Shown: positions 11,638 through 23,982, counted from the first letter of the stretch. The stretch is DNA of 64,000 nt from Azolla caroliniana (GCA_043228905.1 JBHGNT010000004.1:6200001-6264000); one strand, 5' to 3'. Numbers and translations: made by a program. The notes: generated from the sequence alone by a model not told the origin.

Positions 11638-14600
11638 ATGTCCATTTGGTGGAGATGCCACCCTCTTGCTGTTGTCGTCCTCTTCACCACCGGTGCGAAG
11701 GTCTCGTCGTAGTCGATTCCGTGGGTCTATGCATATCCTTTAGCCACCAATCGGGCCTTGTACCGGTTGACCAAACTGTCAGTGTTCTATTTCGCCTTAT
11801 ATACCCATTTGCAACCGATTGGTTTGCAATGTCGGGGAGGGTCAACCAGGTCTCATGCGTCGTTGGCATCCAGTGTCCACATTTCTGCCTCCATAGCGGC
11901 ACACCAATTCGCGTCTTTCGTCGCTTCTGCGTAGCTCTTCAGCTCACACACTTCCGCCACCTTCGTCATATACGCATAATAATGCACCATGTATTCATTA
12001 TACCTGTACCATCATGGCTACACCGTTTTACTCTGATGTATATATACAACTGAATTCTTGCTGAATTCCCATATGTTGTAGGTAACAATTGAACTAGCCG
12101 AAAAAGTATTATTTTCCGCCATCCAACCGTAGACACTTGATCTTTCTCCCAATTTTCACTTTCAACAAGGCTTTTCAAATTCCGAAAACAGTCAAAGACT
12201 TCGTTTTTCTTCTCTATGAGATAGATCCATGCGTGTTGGCTGTAGATGTCGATGAAGGAGACAAAATATTGGCTCCCGCCTAGGCTCATGTTCTGTGTCG
12301 GTCCCCATACATCCGAATGTATCCAATCGAGCTTATTCCGACTCCGATTGCACTCGTTGGGGAATGGAAGTCGGTGTTGCGTCCCGAGTTGGCAGGTTTC
12401 ACAAATTTGGGCCTTCCAACCACTGAACTTCAGCAAACTAAACACTACTTGTTTCGTTTGCAATTCTTGAAGCCTTTGATAGTTGACGTGGCCTATCTAC
12501 TTGTGCCACAAATCGATGTCCGACTCGACTTTTTGTCCTTTGGGAAACAAAGTGGTGTCAACATCATTAGTATTGAGGATGAACATCCTCCCTTCCCTGC
12601 ACCCTTGCGCGATGGTCCAGTTCTCTTCCTCGATGAAGCACCCAAGGTGGGTGAATCGGACTTGCATCCTTTGGCCGACGATTTGTCTGACTGACACCAA
12701 ATTCTTCGTAATTTTCGGGACGTGCAACATGTTCATAAGCCTCCCCTTTTATCCAACATGTCTTAGGGGTACATCGTCGACATGTTCGATTGAATGCGGA
12801 GTGTTGTCACCGGTTTCAACAACATTTGGTTACTCTAGTTTCTCTAACTAAGTATGAGAACCATTGTTCGTGGCTCATCATATGGTTTGATGCTCCGGAG
12901 TCAACGTACCACATCTCGTTTGGTTCGGTGGTGCTCTTCTTCATCAAATTTTCCTTGTTCTTCATCACAAAGGTTAGGCCCTTTCTGGTTTTGGGTTCTT
13001 TCGACCCTTCGGCGATTGTTGTCAATTCCATGTTCGGTTCTGTCAGATCCGGATTTGTCCAAATCGGCCTTCTTCTTCCATCACTCACTTTCTCGATGAC
13101 CCTTCCGGCCACAGTGCCAGCACTCCGTGTCGGCTTTCTCTTGCCGGTTTTTGGCACCGCCTTGACTCCCCCCCTGTTTGTGGAGGGTCTAGAGCTGCAA
13201 TAGGCATATCAATTATGCCTTTGACTCTGCTCTTGTCGGCCACCTCCATTGCATGTCGATCCACCTTGTCCTCCACAACCACGGGACCAATCTGCCTCCG
13301 TGTACAACATTCGATTGTTAGATTGTGTGCTCCTTGATGCCCCCCCATGTTTTTCTTCCACCAGAAGCATAGATTGTAAGTCAAAGAATGACGATGGCTT
13401 CTCCCGTGTGCAAATAATTGTCCAGATCAGCCTGTACCTTTGTGCTAGACCACTAAGGTAGATCTGTATCATCTCGTCCTCATCCACCATCACGTTGATG
13501 GATCCCAAGGCGTTGCAGATCTCTTTTATTTTGGTAGTGTAGTTAGTCACCATCATATCCCTTTGTCGAATATTGTTGAGCTCTTGTTGGCGTTGCAACT
13601 TTCGTGCCGTGGTACTGGCGGCGAAAATCTTTTTCAGATTTTCCCAGGACTCCTTCAGCGTCTTTGCAGGCCGAATGTAGCCCAACATCAGGTCATGCAC
13701 AGTAGAGATCTTTGCTAGCTCCTTGTTCCCAAACCGGGAAATCCTTGTGTGCCGATTCTGACGCTACTTAGTTCACTCCTTCCACATAACTTCAGTAGTC
13801 GTGCCCTAGTAGATGTTGGTGCATCTAGTAGGACAAAGATGCATAGTTGATCCTATCAAGCTTTTCCGGTGGAAGCGACCTAGCCATTCCTCTATCCATC
13901 TTCTTCTTCTTTTCTGTTCTCAACCAGGTGTTAGGGTTTGTCTGTGTTTGAGCGTTTCTTTGCAACAAAGGATTCTCAACCTTGTGCTATGATACCAGGT
14001 GAAGATTAGCCTTTGGAAGCTACAATAAACACAACCTGTTCAGCCATACAACAATAGAGAATGGTAAACACAGAGAACATTGGAGAAAGAGTAGGTAGGG
14101 GGGGGGGGGGGGGGGGGCGAGAGATAGAGAGAGAACACCAAAAATTCTATTTCAAAATGACACTCTGTACATACTAATGTGCTCAGAGAGCACTTTTATA
14201 CAATTCCTTAAAAGGATTGACAAAAGTACTAACATGTAATTGAATGCTCATAACTGAGAACTGTCACTAAATCCAAAAATATGCCTATCTACTAGGCTAG
14301 GATCGTAGGCCTCTAACGACCTACCGTCTCTCGATCTGATCCGGGCCTAACTGATCAGTCTTCAGCCGATCCAGCTCTTGGCTTGTTCGGTCGATTCGGC
14401 CCATAACACCGGGTCATTTGAAACAGGTAATATGTCGCATTCTCTTTTTCATATCTTAGTGAGATGTTAAAAAATGTCTCATTTAAGTAGAATTTCAAAA
14501 AGGCATGACACATGCGTATGTGGTTTATGAAAACATAGCGAAAAATAGAACTAACTAATAACACGTCAACAAAATCATTCGACGTATATTCTATCTCCCA

Positions 14601-16119
14601 TGTTTTTGTCCAAATCTTAGATAGGGGTGTATTTGTCAACGCAAGTATAATAGTAACACGAGTTCTTATGCATATTCTTAAAAGCATACCCCATTGAATA
14701 AGTGACTTCTTCTAATTATGTGTGTATATTTATATATAATATATCTTAAAGCAAATTGTGAACCTTGCAATTAAGAGATAATACTATGTCAAGAGAAAAT
14801 TTGCATTGACACGTGATACATGACACCATCAATGTATAAATAAACTAGTCTACAATAACATTTCAATCATACGAGTAAATGATAGAGTATAAATTTATCT
14901 CCAATATACCGCAAATGATAAAGGAGAGTTTAGACAGCATGTACACATACAAGTATACTTAATCTCTAAGTTCAATGATTGTTACACGAAAATTATAAGT
15001 AAGCTAAACTTCTTTTTTTTTTTCCATAAAAATATGCTCCATTGGTATTAAAATTAACAATGCCAAAGGCAATGTACCAATTGTACATAATAGTTTCCAC
15101 TCCATAAGTATATATCGTAAAAAAAGGGACCAAATAATGATGGCATTTGTTATGGCCTCTAAAAACATCATGTTGCAGCCAACATTGGCTGAATGTGATT
15201 CCACATATACTAAAGCTCTTTTGTATACCCATATTCAACCTATAAACAAATTCCTGCGGTCCAAGTGAATACATATCTTGGTGGTAATCATGGCTAGTAG
15301 TCTAAAAACTCCATGTTTGCATTTGGTTCCGCATGTACTAAAGTTGTTCACCATCACCTGGTTGTCCAATAGCTGTTCCCGTTCCTTGGCCTTTAATTTT
15401 CCCTTGTGAATGTCCTTTTGTACCACTTAGGTAATACAAAACTGCTCTCTCCAATCAAGCCATTGAGGTAATCTGCTACTTCTTGGCCGTAGTCTTCTTC
15501 AAGCTGACTTTCCAAGCTCATAAATCTGTCCAACCTCTTGTATCTTTGTCTGTCTTTTCCCATGCAAGATTGAACCTTCCTCGGTTGTTGCCGTTGAAAA
15601 CACAACACCAAAACAGTCCCTGCAGCACATCCACTCGTGATGATTGGCTTCGACCCTCCCCACCATCTTCACTCATCCTCACCACAAATATTTCTTCCTT
15701 TAGTCGACATCAGCCATCTCACCGATTAACCTGGTTCCAATGTCCACGCATATCCTGTATAATCAACAAAAACTTAGGTTAAAACATGTCCTCACCCACT
15801 CCTGCACATTGGCTTCGACCCTCCCCACCATCTTCACTCATCCTTAACACAATAATTCTTCATTCAGTCGACATCAGCCATCTCACCAAATACCACGGTG
15901 GCAATGTCCACGCATATCTTGTATTGATCAACACAAAGCTAAACTTATATATTACGTCAAAATTTAACAATTCATATTGTTCAAAATTTACAATAAGCCA
16001 TATCCATTCAATCGAATAATAAGTCTGGTAAAGCCGTCTCCTTAGGATTAGCTCTTTCATCAGGATTGTCCTCATTGGCTTCGTCAGTATGCTAAGTTGA
16101 ATCGTTAGTATGTTCATAC

Positions 16120-17770
16120 ATTATATTTTAGTCTATATAACTAGAATCTAATGCAATGCATTATATTAAAGTCGAAAATCCTTTTTTCTTTTTTCAGTGT
16201 TATTTATTTATTTATTTTCCATATAAAAAAATAATAAATGGCTTTTCAACTGAAATCCGATGCATTGCATCAAATTGTAGTCTATACAACTAGACATCAA
16301 TGCATTGCATCAAATTTTAGCTGGCAATACTTTTTCTTTTCAATTGTTTTTCATTTTTTCGAAAAATAAATTAAAATATATTAAAAAAGTGGATTTCCAA
16401 CTGATATCTAATGCACTACATTGAATTTCAATTAAAAATCCAACTTTCTTTTAGTTTTTTCATAAAACAATTTGATAGTAAAAAACATATTGCATTTTCA
16501 ATGAAAATCTAAACCATTGAGTTGGATTTTAGTTGAAAATTAATGATAAATGAAAAAACAAAAGAAAAATATTGGACTTTCAACGGAAATCCGATGCAGT
16601 GCAATGGATTTCCGTTGAAAGTCCCCTTCAAAATGATGAACTTTCAACGGAAATCCAATGCACTGCATCGGATTTTTCGTTGAAAATCCTGTTGAAAATG
16701 ATGTGTTTTCAACGGGAACTCGTTGCACTGCATTGAGTTCCCGTTGAAAGTTGCCCCCTTCAACAGGAACTCGATGTAGTGCAACAAGTTCCCGTTGAAG
16801 GGGGGACGCTTTCAATGGAATCCATTTTTTCAATTTCTACATATTTATTTATGACAAAATTTTTAAAAAATTAAAAAAACTCTAAAAAACATTCTAAAAA
16901 TATCAAAATTTGATGCATTGGATTTCCATTGAAAAACCATTTTTTCAATTTTTATTTATTTATTTATGGGAAAAAATAAAAAAATAAAAAAAAATACAAA
17001 AAATATTTAAAAAATATTAAAATTTGGTAACAAATAGCAAAAAGTGGACTTTCAATGGAAATCCGATGCAATGCATCAGATTTCCATTGAAAATCCATTT
17101 TTTCAATTTCTATATATTTATTTATGAGAAAAAGTAAAAAAATTTAAAACAAATACAAAAAATATTTTAAAAAATATGAAAATTTGGAAACAAATAAGGA
17201 AAGGTGGAATTTCAACGGAAATCTGATGAAGTGCATCGGATTTCCATTGAAAATGCATTTTTTCAATTTTTATTTTATTTTTTTATGTGAAAAATAAAAA
17301 CAATTCAAAAAAATTAGAATTTTTTTTCACAAAACATGAAAATTTGGAAACAAATATGAAAAAGTGGACATTCAACCGAAATCGGATGTAGTGCAATGGA
17401 TTTCCGTTGAAAATCCATTTTTTCGATTTTTATTTATTTTTTTATGGGAAAAAAAAATAAGACAATTTTCAAAACAATAAGAAAAAGTGGATTTTCAATT
17501 GAAATCCGATGCACTGAATTGGATTTCTATTCAAATATATTTTTCAAATTTTTATTTATTTATTTATTTACGGGAAATCCATGCAATGTATCATATTTTA
17601 GTCTATGTAGCTAGAATTCGATGCAAAGCACTATGTGTTAGTTGAAAATGAAAGAGTATTTTTTTAATGGAAAATTTTTAAAACATTCTAGGACTTACAA
17701 AAGGAATCTGATGCACTACATACAATTCTAGATGTATAGAGTAAAATTCGACATGCTGCGTCAAATCTAG
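16120..17770. repeat. Array of ~45-55-bp imperfect palindromes separated by AT-rich spacers
   Basis: Core TTCAACGGAAATCCGATGCA-N-TGCATCGGATTTCCGTTGAA. Good copies near 16573, 16640, 16706, 16758, 17045, 17205, 17365, 17488, plus degenerate flanking copies. Confidence 0.9.
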
Positions 17771-18045
17771 ATGGAATGAATCGGATTTTTGTATGACATC
17801 AAAGGCTTACTATGAGAATCTATGAAAAACGAAAAACATCTTTATGACATTTTTAGATTCTAATGATTTTGGTAGAAAGCTTCTCTCACATAATCAAATA
17901 TCGTAAATAGAAAGTACATAATTAAATATCATAATCAAAAAGTGAGGACAAAAGATGCATCAAGCACATCTACTCTTACATTGGATAATGTTTATATACT
18001 AGTGTATGACTTATCTTTGAACAAAACAAGTTATCTGCGACAGAC

Positions 18046-20215
18046 TGTCAAGATTCGAACTCTTGACATGACCATGTTATAATCGAGTGTTATGTGTTAA
18101 CCACACATCTAGCATATAATCATGTATATATACTTCCTCATTGTAGGTTTTAGCTAACATCATGTGCATAATTTCTCCCTTGTATTATTAACACTTGGCA
18201 CATGCATGCGTACCTACTGCCTACATGCTCTATTGTATCACATGCGTGCAATAGGTATGCATGCCACTTAGTATAAATAGTCGAGTTCACCTTGAAGGAA
18301 TTGAAGGTGAACAATGCCAATCATGGACATATCAATCTAGTATTCTCGTTTCGCCCATCTTCTCTCCTTAATCTTCATCTCTATCTTTATGCTCTTGTGT
18401 CATTTCGTCATCGCTCCGTCGTAGCCTCATCATTAGTGCTCCGTCTTAGTCCGCACTTGGTGTGTCCGTGACAGTTTGTTCACCTTCCAACTAGAAGCAT
18501 CACCTGTCTCCGTCATCGCCCTTGCTTCTAGAGTTACCATCGTCACCGTACCATCATCAACATCACTTCATTGTCTCTATTTTTTAGTTTCTCCTCATCA
18601 TTGTCTCTATTTTTTAGTTTCTTTCCCGTTCGTGTTCATGTTCTAGTTCCCGGTGAGGGCCGCACAAGGCCGCTCACTCCCGTTGGTGTTCATGTTCCAG
18701 TTCCCGATGAGAGCCGCACAAGGCCACTCACTCCCGTTGGTGTTCGTGTTCCAGTTCCCAGTGAGGTCCGCACAAGGCCGCTCACTCCCGTTGGTGTTCG
18801 TGTTCGAGTTCCCGGTGAGGTCCGCACAAGGCCGCTCACTCCCGTTGGTGTTCGTGTTCGAGTTCCCGGTGAGGGCTACATGGTTGCTCACACCCATTCG
18901 TGTTCGAGTTCCCAGTGAGGGCCGCATGGTCGCTCACGCACATTCGTGTTCGAGTTCTTGGTGAGGGCCGCATGGTCGCACACGCCCGTTCGTGTTCGAG
19001 TTCCTGGTGAGGGCCGCATGGTCTCTCACGCATGTTCGTGTTCGAGTTCCCGGTGAGGGCCGCATGGTCGCTCACGCCCGTTCGTGTTCCTGTTCCCGGT
19101 GAGGGCCTCACATGGCTGCTCACTCCCATTCGTGTTCCTGTTCCTGGTGAGGGCCACACATGGCCACTCACTCCCGTTCGTGTTCCTGTTCCCAGTGAGG
19201 GCCGCATGGTCGCTCACTCCCGTTCGTGTTCCAATCTCCGGTGAGGACCGCACATGGCCGCTCACTCCAACTATTGTTCATGTTCTAGATCCCGGTGAGG
19301 ACCAACATGGTTGCTCATGCTCGTTGTTGTTCATGTTCCAGTTCCTAGTGAGGACCACACATGGTCGATTACTCCCGTTCGTGTTTCTATTCCCGGTGAG
19401 GGCCACATGGTCGCTCACTCGTTCGTGTTCCATTTCTCGGTGACGACAACATGGTTGCTCATGCCTGTTGGTGTTCGTGTTCCAACTCTTAGCGAGGACT
19501 GTTCCAGTTCCCGTCAAGGAACCCACATGGTTACTCATGCCCCTTGGTGTTCATGCTCCCCGTGAGGACCGCACATGGTCGCTCACAACCATTGATATTT
19601 GTGTTCCAGTTCTAGGCGAGGACCACACATGGTCGCTCATGCCCATTGGTGTTAAATACCTCATCTTGTGGAAGGGTTACTCCTTGTCTAGGATTTACAA
19701 AATACTTTGGAGGTGATCTAAGATTTTCATCAACAATATCCCCTTAAGTTGGCAAACGATTTGGGAAGGCATCGTTGGAGGGGGGATAATGTCAAGATTT
19801 GAACTCTTGACATGACCATGTTATAATCGAGTGTTATGTGTTAACCACACATCTAGCATATAATCATGTATATACTTCCTCATTGTAGGTTTTAGGTAGC
19901 ATCATGTGCATAATTTCTCCCCTGTATTATTAACACTTGGCACATGCATGCGTACCTACTGCCTACATGCTCTATTGTATCACATGCGTGCAACAGGTAT
20001 GCATGCCACTTAGTATAAATAGTTGAGTTCACCTTGAAGGAATTGAAGGTGAACAACGCCAGTCATGGACATATCAATCTAGTATTCTCGTTTCGCCCAT
20101 CTTCTCTCCTTAATCTTCATCTCTATCTTTATGCTCTTGTGTCATTCCGTCATCGCTCCGTCATAGCCTCATCATTAATGCTCCGTCTTAGTCCGCACTT
20201 GGTGTGTCTGTGACA
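18046..20215 (+). mobile_element. Non-autonomous LTR element (TRIM-like) with self-priming site and internal satellite
   Basis: Highly similar LTRs 18046-18473 and 19790-20215 (TG...CA); TSD CAGAC/CATAC; PPT GGAGGGGGGATAA 19777-19789; no protein domains. Confidence 0.92.
18620..19660. repeat. GC-rich tandem array, ~20 units of 44-54 bp
   Basis: GTGAGG anchor at 18653, 18707, 18761, 18815, 18869 (54-bp period), then 18915-19099 (46 bp) and 19147, 19195 (48 bp), degenerating toward 19650. Confidence 0.95.
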
Positions 20216-21770
20216 CATACCACAATGAAGATACTAAAAGAGGATCTGGAATGTGGCTTTAGACACAACACAAAGACAAACAAGAAGCATGACTCATAAC
20301 CTCGATGAGGTTGGATTGCAATTGGATGAAGACAATGCATTAGTTGCCATTGATGATGAGGATGAAACCTCATAAACTCGTACTAGTTCATCTAATGGGT
20401 ATGAAGATGATGGCATAAACTTGAAAAATGATTGTCCTGATACGTTAATTGTAAATATTGTATTGTACATCAAGATTTGGATTCATGAATTTCTATAAAT
20501 ATTGGTGTTAGTCATTTTGGACATTCATTTGTAAGTTTGGCATGTCCATTATTTATGCATTTTTTTGAACACCTAAATTCTCGTACATGCTAAAAATCAG
20601 TATATTTTTGGGTCATTTTTAAAAATCCTTTACGCATGCGGCACCCATTTTTGTGAATCACCCTAATTTGTGTCATTTTTTGATGGTCAGTTCTCAAAAT
20701 GCGACATATTACTTGTTTCAAATGTCCCGGTGTTCCATGTTGAACTTGCTTCTCAACAAGGGACTTAATATATGTGATCCACCTCAACATGGCTAGGTTT
20801 GGTGTCGTGCATCCTGATATCATTCTCAGGATCTGGAGGCAATCCATTTCTATTATGATCTCCATCCCGATTAGGCAATCCTTGTCAGCCTTCACCACTA
20901 AAAAGATATAGCCAAGAGTTCTCGTTTAACTTGGGCGTATCCCCATTGTCGCTCACTTAGCACCTTCGCTCCGAATCGGATGGCGAACCGCACACCACCT
21001 TCTTTTGTGTGCTCTCTCTCTCTCTCCATCTCTTTTGGTCGGTAGTCTCCGGTGCACGTCTGGAATCGCTCTGGTTTATGCCACAGTTGGCACAGCCGGT
21101 GTCGTGCCTTTCGGCTCCGGATCGTTTGCGTGAGTCGGGTGGGAACCACCGGGGTTTTGGACTAGGAGAAAGAAGAATATGAGATTAATCTTGTGAATCC
21201 CACAAGTATTACATTAATCAATATTTATGTAAGAATATGAATTTAGATTGAAAGAGATAGATTATCTTAAACTTCGTGAATCCCACGAGTATATTTTATT
21301 AATTGGTGTTTTAGGAAATATATCCAATTTCCCAAATATTTCACACACCTATTACATTGTGCTCCCCATCCTTATGTAGTGATGGGAGAGACTAAGCATA
21401 GCTACATGCTTTTTTTTCTAATATGTTCATGCACACTAAATGTGCATGTGATGCTTTTCTAATCCTTGCTTTTATTTGCTAAATATAGTGCTCATGCACG
21501 CTAGATGTGCATGAGTCACTTTTTAGTCGCTTGCGTTTTTCTATAAAATATTCACGCACTCTAAAAATGCACGATTTACCTTTTAATAAAGGTAGGCGCA
21601 AATAAAGCACTTATAGTTATTAAATCTATTTATAGAACACTAAAGATAAGGTAGCATAATGGTAAAGTTGAGGTTTGGCTACGTGGAGGTATAGGGTTCG
21701 AATCTTGCCCTATGCACGTGATAAATATTTTGATATTCTTATTTTATTTATTTATATGTAATTAAATCGT

Positions 21771-23399
21771 TTATATTATTTTTACTTTTTCACGTAGTGT
21801 ACGAAATACACTACGACACTCGCCCCCTCCGAACCCGCACATCCTCCGGTATGTGCCGAAGTTGCCGATGCTCGTTGTCTCCCCTTCATCCTCCGTTTGT
21901 CCCGCTATGTCAACTTTGTCTCTCCATTTTGAGTAGACGCATTCTTTCCACCCGAACCATTGTCGCCATCCAATCCACCATATTCTTTGTTCATTCTTTG
22001 CATTGCCATGAGTGGTTGTCATGGTCCCTTGTGGTACTCTTGAGCATCTCGGTGTGTTGTCTCTCTCCACTCCGCGCTTGTCTTCCGTAGGTTCTACCCA
22101 CGCGTCGATGTCGACCTCCGAATACGCGCTCGCTGTTAGGTCCTTGTGCGGCTTTAATGCATGCTTTATTTCTCGATGTTGCGCATGCGTCGTATTAGGC
22201 CGTAGCGCATGCTTCGTATTCCATCGTAGTGCATGCGCCGTATTACCCCGTAGTGCATACTTATTTTTGCACCGTAGCGCGTGCTTCTTTTTGCGCCGTA
22301 GCGTGTGCTTCTCTTTACGCCGTAGCACGTGCTTCTTTTGGTGCCGTAGTGCGTGCTCCGTATTACATGCTTCTCCCATCGTAGACCCGACCTTCGCGTT
22401 GTCATGCTTTTGTTTACATCGGAATTTCAGACGGATCATCTTCCATCCGAACCGGCTTCCGACTTTACCTTCCTTGTTGCCACCTCCCGTCTCTCCGGTC
22501 TCACGTTGGTTCTCGGACACAACCGCCGAAGTCTCTAGAATTAGTGGGTAGGAATCCTCGGTATTATCATCTTCCGTTGTTTCACCCATAGCCATGTTCT
22601 CCTTGGCTATCTCTCCTTCGTATGCATCGGCTTCGACCTTCGTTTCGTTGCCGCCACTTTCCTTATCTTCGGTGTTATGTCGACACCCGGGCTCGAGTAC
22701 CGAAGTCTCCGAAACAATGGTGAAGGAATCCCTTCGTTCATGCTCATTTACTTTGTCTTCCTCGTTGCCCTTCCGGTCCTCCACTTTTCCGCCGACACAT
22801 TCCGTCTCTCCGGTCTCACGTTGGTGCACGGGCACAGCCGCCGAAGTCTCTGGAACCGGTGTGGGGATACCCTTTCGTCCTCGATCTTCCTCCTCCTCGT
22901 CCTTTGTTGGCCTCGACTTTGGTTCGGTTTTAAGCTCCCCTTCAATGTCGACTTGCGACTTTTCATGCATCTCCGAACCCTTCCGCATCAAGCTCTCCTT
23001 CGGTGGTAGTCGGTGGCCGCTTTTCACCCACTGTTGACCGCCGTTCGTGGACCATGTCCTCGTCCGCTTCGGTCTTAGATAGTCATATGTGTCTCGTATA
23101 GCTTCTTCAAAGGACTCCCACATCGGGCTTTGTTGTCGTATCTCGTGGATTCTCTCTTGAAGCTCATCCGTAGCCACCCGGTTGAAAGATAACACTTGCA
23201 ATCTTTCTGAGATACCATATCGCAACATCTCCATTTTGTAGTCACGTAGATAGCGTGACACGTCCTTTCCATCGAATTGCCCGTTCTGTTGCACGAGCCG
23301 TTGTACTACTGTCGTGATCTCCGACATCTCGCGTTGTTCTTGTAGCATTCTCTCGAACATCATCATCATCATGTTCATCGCCTCTTGTTGATTCTCCAT
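21771..23399 (-). CDS. Gag-like protein with repetitive acidic and basic C-terminal extension; no pol
   Basis: Uninterrupted ORF (ATG 23399, MENQQE...). N-terminal QNGQFDGKDVSRYLRDYKMEM is Gypsy gag-like; three ETS(A)V repeats; tandem KKHALR octapeptides; stop lies inside the 3' LTR. Confidence 0.75.
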   Translation of the reverse strand: MENQQEAMNMMMMMFERMLQEQREMSEITTVVQRLVQQNGQFDGKDVSRYLRDYKMEMLRYGISERLQVLSFNRVATDELQERIHEIRQQSPMWESFEEAIRDTYDYLRPKRTRTWSTNGGQQWVKSGHRLPPKESLMRKGSEMHEKSQVDIEGELKTEPKSRPTKDEEEEDRGRKGIPTPVPETSAAVPVHQRETGETECVGGKVEDRKGNEEDKVNEHERRDSFTIVSETSVLEPGCRHNTEDKESGGNETKVEADAYEGEIAKENMAMGETTEDDNTEDSYPLILETSAVVSENQRETGETGGGNKEGKVGSRFGWKMIRLKFRCKQKHDNAKVGSTMGEACNTEHALRHQKKHVLRRKEKHTLRRKKKHALRCKNKYALRGNTAHALRWNTKHALRPNTTHAQHREIKHALKPHKDLTASAYSEVDIDAWVEPTEDKRGVERDNTPRCSRVPQGTMTTTHGNAKNEQRIWWIGWRQWFGWKECVYSKWRDKVDIAGQTEDEGETTSIGNFGTYRRMCGFGGGECRSVFRTLREKVKII

Positions 23400-23982
23400 C
23401 TCCTTGCCACCCGCCTTCACGTCGGGTTCACCAACTGTGTCGTGCCTTTCGGCTCCGGATCGTTTGCGTGAGTCGGGTGGGAACCACCGGGGTTTTGGAC
23501 TAGGAGAAAGAAGAATATGAGATTAATCTTGTGAATCCCACAAGTATTACATTAATCAATATTTATGTAAGAATATGAATTTAGATTGAAAGAGATAGAT
23601 TATCTTAAACTTCGTGAATCCCACGAGTATATTTTATTAATTGGTGTTTTAGGAAATATATCCAATTTCCCAAATATTTCACACACCTATTACATTGTGC
23701 TCCCCATCCTTATGTAGTGATGGGAGAGACTAAGCATAGCTACATGCTTTTTTTTCTAATATGTTCATGCACACTAAATGTGCATGTGATGCTTTTCTAA
23801 TCCTTGCTTTTATTTGCTAAATATAGTGCTCATGCACGCTAGATGTGCATGAGTCACTTTTTAGTCGCTTGCGTTTTTCTATAAAATATTCACGCACTCT
23901 AAAAATGCACGATTTACCTTTTAATAAAGGTAGGCGCAAATAAAGCACTTATAGTTATTAAATCTATTTATAGAACACTAAA

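Larger units (their letters stand above)
14405..20734. mobile_element. Unclassified TIR DNA transposon (37-bp TIRs, 4-bp TSD CCAT) in the Copia B 5' LTR
   Basis: Left 14405-14441 AACACCGGGTCATTTGAAACAGGTAATATGTCGCATT matches the reverse complement of 20698-20734 at 35/37. CCAT lies on both sides; the empty site GGCCCATGTTGAG is visible in the sister LTR near 2818. Confidence 0.9.
2703..20758 (-). mobile_element. Copia B, degenerate and multiply interrupted
   Basis: 3' LTR remnant 2703-2844, then PPT. RNase H 3717-4115 (KNPVFHARTKHIEVHYHFVRE). RT pieces 4116-4700, 5632-5752, 11638-12030. Integrase/protease/gag 12040-13900 with an internal integrase deletion. PBS 13986-13997. 5' LTR 14000-14404 plus 20735-20758, split by a DNA transposon. 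Confidence 0.88.

Noticed and set aside
14098-14118. Poly-G run as a functional G-quadruplex
   Set aside because: It lies at the variable (GA)n microsatellite position of this LTR family; likely slippage or a sequencing artefact.
16120-17770. CRISPR-like array (palindromic repeats with spacers)
   Set aside because: Spacers are related, low-complexity and variable in length; repeats are degenerate; there are no cas genes and the context is eukaryotic.
18571-19716. Many overlapping ORFs in the satellite
   Set aside because: They result from stop-poor tandem repeats; the 46-bp units break any single frame.
14405-20734. CACTA classification (CACCG two bases inside the end)
   Set aside because: With those ends the 3-bp flanks (TAA/TTC) do not match, whereas AACACC ends give an exact CCAT duplication consistent with the empty site.
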